Shown here: positions 27,342 through 38,559 of the stretch, piece after piece
Layout of the letters: each line of letters starts with the position of its first letter
Position numbering within the stretch: the stretch's first letter is position 1
Source: Tubulanus polymorphus
Taxonomy: Eukaryota > Animalia > Nemertea
Direction: 5' to 3'
DNA: 64,000 nt
Assembly: GCF_964204645.1 (NCBI RefSeq)
Contig: NC_134032.1
Coordinates: forward strand, 14,248,275-14,312,274
Notes under the pieces: generated by a model
What the model was told of the DNA's origin: nothing
The model's input: the letters and a program-made list of their open reading frames with translations, nothing else
Database searches by the model: none
Position numbers and translations under genes: made by a program

Positions 27342-27369
27342 TTTTCATCCGCTCTGCTGCGCCTGCGCA
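27337..27369 (-). promoter_or_regulatory. SDHA proximal promoter: NRF-1-like site TGCGCAGGCGCA (27358-27369) and YY1-like AAAATGGC over the start codon
   Basis: Direct motif match; NRF-1 and YY1 sites are typical of nuclear respiratory-chain gene promoters. Confidence 0.6.
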
Positions 27370-27412
27370 ATACTATACCTGACCCATAGACTGGTTGCCG
27401 GTCTCTACAATC

Positions 27413-28836
27413 GGTCGTCGTTCCAAGACGAGTTTGTCGATGATGTCATAGATAAATAATAACATAACCACATGCGTGCATGATGGTCGTCATTAGTTCC
27501 AAGACGAGTTTGTCGATGACGTCATTGGTAAATAATAACATAACCACGTGCGTGAGGAACAGATTTAAATACAAAGACTTTATTCAACCAATTCTGTGCG
27601 CCGAATTGTATGATCATAAACAAATTGCCGCAATATTTTCCTTCGTTATCATCTTTTGATGATTCTTTGTTCAACATTATTCAAAAACGAATAACCACTA
27701 GTTTGTAAATAAACAAAATGAATTATTTACTTGCGTAGAAGTAGTAATGTTTATTTTCTTGCAAGGCTTATAATGATAAAATCAAATAACTCTTGCTAGT
27801 AGACTATTGATGTGTTTTTAGATACCCATTCAACAATAGCCGGAATCATAGAATAGTTCAAAGTTCTTCAATTCGTCTTAAATTTAGTATGATATGTGAA
27901 ACTGGGTCTACTGAAAATTCGAAACCCTGTCCTATTTTAGTAGTATGAACTAACTGAGATTTCAGAAAAAAAACAACATAAAACACGAAACAAAACATTC
28001 TTTATTTTTCTTCTCGATTAAGCCTTCTCAGTAGAGTTCGATTCAGACCGACATGTCTTTTGCAATCCTTCACCAGTAAAGAATGGATTAAAAAACTATG
28101 TTTTAGGTCAACTGCCAGTCCTTTCTAGTCCTGATCAGACTTTTTATCAGGTATTTACTATCAAGCCCGACTGAGTTAGGCCACCGTCTGATGCTCTCTC
28201 TCTCAAGTCAAGTTGAAATAGACATTTCCAACTGCTCTAACAGATAAGAGCGCGTACCAGGACGCACGTGGTTATGTTATTATTTATATATGACGTCATC
28301 GACAAACTCGTCTTGGAACTAATGACGACCGTGCAGGTCGAGGGGAACAAATTCAAATACAAAGACTTTATTTAACCAATTCTGTGCGCCGATTTGCATA
28401 ATCATAAATAAATTGCCGCAATCTTTACCTCCGTTATCATCTTTTGATGATTCTTTGTTCAACATTATTCAACAAGGAATATCCACTAAATTAATTATTT
28501 TGGTATGTAAATAAACAAATTAATTATTTACTTACGAAGAAAATGTTTATTTTCTTGCAAGACTTACAATGATAAATACAATTAGTAGGCTATGTAATCT
28601 AATTATGGAGCCTATCTCCTGGGATCCAGCCATCAAATTGAAGGATGAAAAAAGACGTGTTTTTAGATACCAGTTTAACACACTTGAACTCCTTAAGATA
28701 GATCAGTTCTTCAATTCGTCTTCAATTTAGTATGATACGTGAAAGAAAATTCAAGAGCCTGTCCTATTTCAGTATCATGAACCAACTGATAACTTATCAT
28801 TAGAAATTTCTAAAAAACAAAACACGAAACAAAACA
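27413..28836. repeat. Local duplication upstream of SDHA: ~450-bp direct repeat plus a 69-bp module in both orientations
   Basis: 27556-27996 resembles 28344-28836; module at 27413-27477 and 27485-27553 (+) and 28262-28330 (-). Confidence 0.85.
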
Positions 28837-30230
28837 GAACGATGACCACACTCAAACGTGGTGAACGGATAATAAGATAAAATCCCACTATTTACAGATT
28901 AAAAGAAAAAAAAACCAGAATTTATTTATTAAATCTAAAATATTTAAAAGATACGACGTGTTTTCAGTGTAGAAGAAACTGTATTTAAGGAAACAATTGC
29001 GAAAAGACAAATAATTATTCCACTGTAATGGCAGGGAATCAGTGTCCAAAATGCAGGTTGATAGCTGCATAAATAGTCAACTAAATGAAAGTCTCTGAGA
29101 CCTTTAGAGTAATCAGACAAGATCGGTCTGATTACTCAAAGCCGAGAGAAAGGTGTCGATCTGTTGCCTGGACCCCAGACACTCTATCTGAAAGGGGATG
29201 GGAGGAGGGTTCAAGCTGTCTTTTTGAAGAGCGAGTACTTCAGATTATGTAGGTCTAAAGTCTAAACGAGTGTCTGAAGGGTATGGGTGGGGACTGGAGT
29301 ATCCTCAGCAGATAGGGTAGTGCCAAGCTGCTGCAGATTGCTCCTCATTTTCAGTAGATCCTTAGTTAAATACAAATCCCATGATTGAAAGTGAAATTGT
29401 CGTATTATCAAAATATGGATCGATGTAAATTAGCCGGGACATGCTGGAAATCTGATCGTAAACACAATCGTATCAATGAGGTTCAACTGTCGTCCTGTTC
29501 ATTTAATTCACTTCCAGAGAAAAAAGAATCCATGTACAATAGACTTGACTAACTCGAATCAATTAAGACAAGGTGATAATTGTCACCCACAGATAAAAGA
29601 ATTTCAATGCAATAGTTCAATGGGTTTATGTCCGAGTTGGTGTAAGCTTGGAGAATCATTACTCCAATATAAAAGTGACTGGACTTGAAATGATTCTAGT
29701 TAAGAGAGTCCACCGTACATTATATAAAGAAATAATAACACATATAATTTGTAGAGAACAACTGACCACTAATGATACTGATGTTAAAACAACTAGTGGT
29801 TAGTAGTTCAAATGGTATTCATAAACAATAGTTCAACAGATAATCAAACACCATAAAATCAATGTATTCATCAATATAATAATCAAACAAGTCAAGAGCA
29901 AACTGAGTATCTTGAGTTAAGAGTTTAACATCGTCAGAATGAGATGCAACACAAAAACAATCATTTTAAAGAAATAAATGTATTTACAAAAATAACGCAA
30001 AGTCACAAGTACATAATCTCACAGTGCTCACATTAATCACTGTAACAAAACTCTAAACCAAAGTTTGACATCCTCAATTATCATTTATAAAATAATTTAA
30101 CCAGCACAACAAAAACAAGAGAAGCCCTTTGAAATGTATGCATTAAAAACGCAAAGTCGCAGCACATCAGTAATTAATAACCCACAATCAGATTCAACAA
30201 CAAACCAGCCAATCAAACCATCAATTCATA

Positions 30231-32400
30231 TTTATTTTTCAATAGATGTACAATGTGTATTTACATTCAACCTATACTGAAGCTATCAGCCTCAGAGAAA
30301 TTGGTCGGCATCTCTGGAACTACGCTAACTCGCGGTAACAAACACTGAAAGTCCCGCTTTGACGGAGAAATTGGTCGGCATCTCTGGAACTACGATAACT
30401 CGCGGTAACAAACACTGAAAGTCCCGCTTTGACGGAGAAATTGGTCGGCATCTCTGGAACTACGATAACTCGCGGTAACAAACACTGAAAGTCCCGATTT
30501 GACAGAGAAATTGGTCGGCATCTCTGGAACTACCGATAACTTGCCGTAACAATCACTGAAAGTCCTGATTTGATGGAGAAATTGTTCGGCATCTCTGGAA
30601 CTACGATAACTCGCGGTAACAAACACTGAAAGTCCCGAATTGATGGAAAATTGGTCGGCATCTCTGGAACTGCGCTAACTCGTGGTAACAATGACTGAAA
30701 GTCCCGATTTGATGGAGAAATTGGTCGGCATCTAGGGAACTGCGCTAACTTGTGGTAACAATCACTGAAAGTCCCGAATTGATGGAGAAATTGGTCGGCA
30801 TCTCTGGAACTACGATAACTCGCGGTAACAATCACTGAGAGTCCCAAATTGAGGGGAAATTGGTCGGCATCTCTGATTTGATCTTTTCCTGTCGTCTGAT
30901 ATTCTACAGCCAACCACAAGCTCAATACATGTACTACAATGTGAAAACACAAAATATAAATAATGATATCATTTTTGAGACTTCTTCAAAAATATATTTC
31001 AATCATACCTGCTTTTTAGTAGATTCAGACACATGACTCTTAGGTTTTTCATGGGGAAATTGATCTGCATCATCGGTATCGTTTCCATCTTGATATCTGG
31101 TATTGTGTGACGAATAACTCAATACTAACTACAACAACAATGTACTAAATAAACTATGATTTTCATTCATAAGACTCTTCATAAAAACAAAATTCATCTA
31201 ATTTCAATTTTACCTGATTTATAGTCAATTCAGATTCATGACTCGGACCTTGAGGAATTTGCTCAATTCTTCCTGAACTCTGATGTTTTCCTTTCCTCTG
31301 GTTTTGAGCATCTCTTACAACAACAGTCCACTAGCTACAACAAAAATTCATAAAAGTAACCAGTCTCATTGAGTCGACTGTTCCTGCAAAGAAATTCATA
31401 AGTTCAATTTACCTGATTCATAGTCAATTTAGACACATGACTTAGAAGAGAAATTGCTCAGAACTCCAGCAACTTTTCGTATCTTCTTGAACTTTCTGTT
31501 TGATGTGGAGATTCCCAGAGTACTTCGATTTCTGCGTACAAACACTGAACAAAGTCCCGAATTGACGGAGAAATTTGTCAGCATCTCAGATCTGATCTTT
31601 TCCTATCGTCTGATATTCTACAGCCAACCACAAGCTCAATACTACAATGATAAAACACAAAATATGAATTAATGATATCATTTTTGAGACTCTTCTTCAA
31701 AATAAATTTCAATTATACCTGATTTATAGTCAATTCAGATTCATGACTCGGACCTTGAGGAATTTGCTCAACACTTCCTGAACTCTGATGTTTTCCTTTC
31801 CTCTGGTTTTGATCGTCTCTAACAACAACAGTCCACTGGCTACAACAAAAGTACATAAAGGTAACCATCTTCTTTAAGTCGACTGTTCCTGCAAAGAAGT
31901 TCATATCAAGTACAATTTTACCTGATTCATAGTCAATTCAGACTCATGACACCTTAAATATTTCTCAACGACAACTGGAACAATCCTGAATGTTTCCTGT
32001 CAATCGTTTGGTATTTTGTACTTGCCGACCAAATCAATACACGCTACAACAGGGAAATATGAAATACATATAATACTAACTAACCGTCCTAGTTGAGAAC
32101 ATTCTATCTACAAAGAAATTCATAGCAATTTATACTATACCTGATTTATAGTGTTTACTTAGTAAAATTTCTAAGAACCTCAGGAACTTTCAGTATCATC
32201 TAGAACTTTCTGTTTGTTGGCGTGGAGATTCCTCAGTAGAGTACCTCAGATTTCTACTGACAACAGACACCAATCCAACACTTCTCTTTCTGGTACTTCC
32301 ATCTTTCTCTTTCCTCTCGTTTTACAAATTGATATTTAATTATTTGACATTTTTACCATCATAAAATTGATATTATGTTTTTCTTTACATCATCGTTATT
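30231..32400 (-). ncRNA. Putative spliced lncRNA (or decayed gene) made of duplicated exon-intron units
   Basis: Six 75-97-nt introns, all CAG|GTA...TTGTAG|; AATAAA at 30231-30236; no continuous ORF; 5' end approximate. Confidence 0.5.
30295..30873. repeat. 70-bp tandem repeat x~8
   Basis: GAGAAATTGGTCGGCATCTCTGGAAC at 30295, 30365, 30435, 30505... Confidence 0.92.
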
Positions 32401-32575
32401 AGAGATCTTACAAAGAATGATACAAATAATACGTTTCTTAATTTCAAACTCACAGCTGTTTGTAAATTATTTCCACACACAAAGATGGCATGCTGCATGC
32501 TGATCAATTTGCTAACCATGCGCATGGACCCGCGGGTGTGCCAGTGCTGTTTAGTGCAAGTGATGCATCGGTGCA

Positions 32576-32748
32576 AGTGCAAAGTGAGACGTCAAGTGCA
32601 AAGTGAGACGTCAAGTGCAGAGTGAGACGTCAAGTGCAAAGTGAGACGTCAAGTGCAAATTTGGACGTCAAATGCAAATTTGGACGTCAAGTGCAAAATG
32701 GGATGTCAAGTGTAAAATGGGATGTCAAGTGCAAATTGAGATGTCAAT
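32576..32748. repeat. 19-bp tandem repeat x~9
   Basis: AAGTGCAAAGTGAGACGTC decaying rightwards. Confidence 0.9.
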
Positions 32749-33469
32749 TGTTTTCACCAGTGTTTACGATGATCAACCATCTTTCTGAAGATGTTTAAAG
32801 CAATTTGAATTCTAAAAGTTTTTTACACTGCCGGCTCACAGACTTAGAAACTGGTTTACCTCATCATCAGAGTTTAGACGCTGACAATTTTATCACTCCT
32901 TAAGTGGAGTAATATAATCAAGTCACTAACAATTCAGTTTTGTCAATTCAAGAAGGGAAAGGAGGGGAAGGCATTAAACCTCAATATCACCCCAGCCTTA
33001 AGTCACTTAAAATTCAGTTTATGTCACAATTAACTTGACAATTCAAAAGGTGGAGGGATCACTAAATTTCAATTTTATCACAACCAATTGTTTTAGCAGT
33101 AATTTACCGACAGTGTTTTGTAACACATAACTTTTATCAACACCTTTTGAAGGAGGTCATCAGTGTTGTGACGCACTGACAATTCTGTTCATTAGTCACG
33201 TTTATACATGACAGTTGAAGAAGGAAGGAGGAGACTCCTGACCTCAATATCACCCCAAAACAGAATGTATCAAATAAGCAGCTGTATTAAAGGAGTTCAT
33301 CAGTTTTGTAACACACTGACAATTCAGTTTGTTTGTCACGTTTCTATATGACAGTTAACAACCTTCAGGTGCAAGGAACCAAAGTGAAGCAATCAAACAA
33401 TAGCATCTTTGAGTATAACACTTTTAAAATGTGTAATGTGATAATAATTTGCTGATACAGTATACACAG

Positions 33470-34510
33470 AGAACCAACACCAGCATTATTTCAATGATTC
33501 AACCACCACAAAGCTATCGATGGATAGCTGTTTTGAATATTTATACATTTAAAACGTAAAGTCGCAATAAGGACGATCAGGAAACATAATCAGTCCCAAT
33601 TCACCGACATATATTACAATATATATATACACAGAACCAACACCAATGACATTTCAAAGATTCAACCACCACAAAGCTATCGATGGATAGCTGTTTTGAA
33701 TATTTATACATTTAAAACGTAAAGTCGCAATAAGGACGATCAGGAAACATAATCAATCCCAATTCACCGACATATATTACAATATATATACAATGTACCA
33801 ACATTTCAAAGATTCAACCACCACAAAGCTATCGATGGATAGCTGTTTTGAATATTTATACATTTAAAACGTAAAGTCGCAATAAGGACGATCAGGAAAC
33901 ATAATCAATCCCAATTCACCGACATATATTACAATATATATACACACAACCAACACCAATGACATTTCAAAGATTCAACCACCACAAAGCTATCGATGGA
34001 TAGCTGCTTTGAATATTTATACATTTAAAACGTAAAGTCGCAATAAGGATAATCACAAAACATGATCAATCCCATTTCACCGACATATATTACAATATAT
34101 ACAATGTACCCACACCAGCGACATTTCAAAGATTCAACCACCACAAAGCTATCAATGGATAGCTGTTTTGAATATTTACACATTTAAAATGTAAAGTCAT
34201 AATGAGGACGATTGGGAAACATAATCAGTCCCAATTCACCGACATATATTACAATATATACACAGAACCAACACCAGCGACATTTCAATGATTCAGCCAC
34301 CACAAAGCTATCGATGGATAGCTGCTTTGAATATTTATACATTTAAAACGTAAAGTTGCAATAAGGACAATCACAAAACATGATCAATCCCAATTCACCG
34401 ACATATATTACAATGTATATACAGAACCAACACCAGCGACATTTCGATGATTCAACCACCACAAAGCTATCGATGGAAAGCTGCTTTGAATATTTATACA
34501 TTTAAAACGT
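33470..34510. repeat. ~160-bp satellite block 1
   Basis: AAGCTATCGATGGATAGCT recurs at 152-163-bp spacing. Confidence 0.92.
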
Positions 34511-34539
34511 TAAGTCGTAATAAGGATGCTCAGGGAGCA

Positions 34540-36270
34540 AAACTCGCCAACACTCAATATCACCCCATAACAGAGTGTATTAATTAACACGCAGCAGCAA
34601 GCAGCAGTATTTAAGGAGGTCATCAGTGTTGTACCACACTGAAAATTCAGTTTGATTGTCACGTTTCTACATGACAGTTGAAGAAGGAAGGAGGAGACTC
34701 CTGCACTCAATATCACCCCTGAACAGAGTGCATTTATTAACACGCTGCAGCAAGCAGCAGTATTAAAGGTCATCAGTGTTGTAACACACTGACAATTCAG
34801 TTTGTTTGTCATGTTTCTACATGACAATTGAAGAAGGAAGGAGGAGACTCCTGTACTCAATATCACCCCAAAACAGAGTGTATCAATTAACACCCAGCAG
34901 CAAGCAGCAGTATTAAAGGTGGTCATCAGTGTTGTAACACACTGAAAATTCAGTTCCTTTGTCATGTTTCTACATGACAGTTGAAGAAGGAAGGAGGAGA
35001 CTCCTGAACTCAATATCACCCCAAAACAGAGTGTATAAATTAACACGCAGCAGCAAGCAGCAGTATTAAAGGTGGTCATCAGTGTTGTAACACACTGAAA
35101 ATTCAGTTCCTTTGTCATGTTTCTACATGACAGTTGAAGAAGGAAGGAGGAGACTCCTGAACTCAATATCACCCCAAAACAGAGTGTATAAATTAACACG
35201 CAGCAGCAAGCAGCAGTATTAAAGGAGGTCATCAGTGTTTAATGCACAGACAATTCAGTTCGTTTGTCACGTTTCTACATGACAGTTGAAGAAGGAAGGA
35301 GGAGACTCCTGAACTCAATATCACCCCAAAACAGAGCCAGCAGCAAGCAGCAGTATTTAAGGAGGATGATTCATGATGTTATAATGTTTAATGTAATAAT
35401 TCTTATAGTAATAATGTTTAATGTAATAATGCAAGAAGTTCATGGAAGGTGGTAAGAATTAACACCCAGCAGCAAGCAGCAGTATTAAAGGAGGTCATCA
35501 GTGTTGTAACGCACTGACAATTCAGTTCCTTTGTCACGTTTTTACATGACAGTTGAAGAAGGAAGGAGGAGACTCCTGCACTCAATATCACCACAAAACA
35601 GAGTGTAACAATTAACACCCAGCAGCAAGCAGCAGTATTAAAGGAGATCATCAGTGTTGTAACGCACTGACAATTCAGTTCCTTTGTCACGTTTCTACAT
35701 GACAGTTGAAGAAGGAAGGAGGAGACTCCTGAACTCAATATCACCCCAAAACAGAGCCAGTAGCAAGCAGCAGTATTTAAGGAGGATGATTCATGATGTT
35801 ATAATGTTTAATGTAATAATTCTTATAGTAATAATGTTTAATGTAATAATTCAAGAAGTTCATGGAAGGTGGTAAGAATTAACACCCAGCAGCAAGCAGC
35901 AGTATTAAAGGAGGTCATCAGTGTTGTAACGCACTGACAATTCAGTTCCTTTGTCACCTTTCTACATGACAGTTGAAGAAGGAAGGAGGAGACTCCTGCA
36001 CTCAATATCACCCCAAAACAGAGTGTATCAATTAACACCCAGCAGCAAGCAGCAGTATTAAAGGAGATCATCAGTGTTGTAACGCACTGACAATTCAGTT
36101 CCTTTGTCACGTTTCTACATGACAGTTGAAGAAGGAAGGAGGAGACTCCTGACCTCAATATCACCCCAAAACAGAGTGTATCAATTAAGCAGCTGTATTA
36201 AAGGAGTTCATCAGTGTTGTAACACACTGACAATTCAGTTTGTTTGTCACGTTTCTATATGACAGTTAAC
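34540..36270. repeat. 153-bp satellite (with 267-bp variant) block 1
   Basis: GACAGTTGAAGAAGGAAGGAGGAGACTCC at 150-153-bp spacing. Confidence 0.92.
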
Positions 36271-36379
36271 AACCTTCAGGTGCAAGGAACCAAAGTGAAG
36301 CAATCAAACAATAGCATCTTTGAGTATAACACTTTTAAAATGTGTAATGTGATAATAATTTGCTGATACAGTATACACA

Positions 36380-38530
36380 GAGAACCAACACCAGCATTAT
36401 TTCAATGATTAAACCACCACAAAGCTATCGATGGATAGCTGTTTTGAATATTTATACATTTAAAACGTAAAGTCGCAATAAGGACGATCAGGAAACATAA
36501 TCAGTCCCAATTCACCGACATATATTACAATATATACAATGTACCAACACCAGCGACATTTCAAAGATTCAACCACCACAAAGCTATCGATGGATAGCTG
36601 TTTTGAATATTTATACATTTAAAACGTAAAGTCGCAATAAGAACGATCCGGAAACATAATCAATCCCAATTCACCGACATATATTACAATATATACAATG
36701 TACCAACATTTCAAAGATTCAACCACCACAAAGCTATCGATGGATAGCTGTTTTGAATATTTATACATTTAAAACGTAAAGTCGCAATAAGGACGATCAG
36801 GAAACATAATCAGTCCCAATTCACCGACATATATTACAATATATATATACACAGAACCAACACCAATGACATTTCAAAGATTCAACCACCACAAAGCTAT
36901 CGATGGATAGCTGCTTTGAATATTTATACATTTAAAACGTAAAGTCGCAAGAAGGATAATCACAAAACATGATCAATCCCATTTCACCGACATATATTAC
37001 AATATATACAATGTACCAACACCAGCGACATTTCAAAGATTCAACCACCACTAAGCTATCGATGGATAGCTGTTTTGAATATTTACACATTTAAAATGTA
37101 AAGTCATAATGAGGACGATTAGGAAACATAATCAGTCCCCATTCACCGACATATATTACAATATATACACAGAACCAACACCAGCGACATTTCAATGATT
37201 CAGCCACCACAAAGCTATCGATGGATAGCTGCTTTGAATATTTATACATTTAAAACGCTAAGTCGCAAAAAAGACGATCACAAAATATGATCCATCCCAT
37301 TTCACCGACATATATTACAATATATGCAATGTACCAACACCAGCAACATTTCAATGATTCAACCACCACAAAGCTATCGATGGATAGCTGTTTGGAATAT
37401 TTATACATTTAAAATGTAAAGTTGCAATAAGGACGATCAGGAAACATAATCAGTCCCAATTCACCGACATATATTACAATATATACACAGAACCAACACC
37501 AGCGACATTTCAATGATTCAGCCACCACAAAGCTATCGATGGATAGCTGCTTTGAATATTTATACATTTAGAACGCTAAGTCGCAAAAAAGACGATCACA
37601 AAATATGATCAATCCCATTTCACCGACATATATTACAATATATACAATGTACCAACACCAGCGACATTTCAAAGATTCAACCACCACAAAGCTATCGATG
37701 GATAGCTGTTTTGAATATTTATACATTTAAAATGTAAAGTCATAATGAGGACGATTGGGAAACATAATCAGTCCCAATTTACCGACATATATTACAATAT
37801 ATACACAGAACCAACACCAGCAACATTTCAATGATTCAACCACCACAAAGCTATCGATGGATAGCTGCTTTGAATATTTATACATTTAAAACGCTAAGTC
37901 GCAAAAAAGACGATCACAAAATATGATCCATCCCATTTCACCGACATATATTACAATATATGCAATGTACCAACACCAGCAACATTTCAATGATTCAACC
38001 ACCACAAAGCTATCGATGGATAGCTGTTTGGAATATTTATACATTTAAAATGTAAAGTTGCAATAAGGACGATCAGGAAACATAATCAGTCCCAATTCAC
38101 CGACATATATTACAATATATACACAGAACCAACACCAGCGACATTTCAATGATTCAGCCACCACAAAGCTATCGATGGATAGCTGCTTTGAATATTTATA
38201 CATTTAGAACGCTAAGTCGCAAAAAAGACGATCACAAAATATGATCAATCCCATTTCACCGACATATATTACAATATATACAATGTACCAACACCAGCGA
38301 CATTTCAAAGATTCAACCACCACAAAGCTATCGATGGATAGCTGTTTTGAATATTTATACATTTAAAATGTAAAGTCATAATGAGGACGATTGGGAAACA
38401 TAATCAGTCCCAATTTACCGACATATATTACAATATATACACAGAACCAACACCAGCAACATTTCAATGATTCAACCACCACAAAGCTATCGATGGATAG
38501 CTGCTTTGAATATTTATACATTTAAAACGC
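36380..38530. repeat. ~160-bp satellite block 2
   Basis: Same unit as 33470-34510, preceded by the same linker. Confidence 0.92.
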
Positions 38531-38559
38531 TAAGTCGTAATAAGGATGCTCAGGGAGCA

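Noticed and set aside
29600-29650. NSDINPLNYCI on the minus strand resembling the Tc1/mariner SPDLNPLDY motif
   Set aside because: Too short, and no surrounding transposase-like frame or TIRs.
34600-34700. Hammerhead ribozyme in the 153-bp satellite (minus strand has CTGATGA and GAAAC)
   Set aside because: Bases after CTGATGA do not pair with those before GAAA, so stem II cannot close; no suitable stem I after the GTC.
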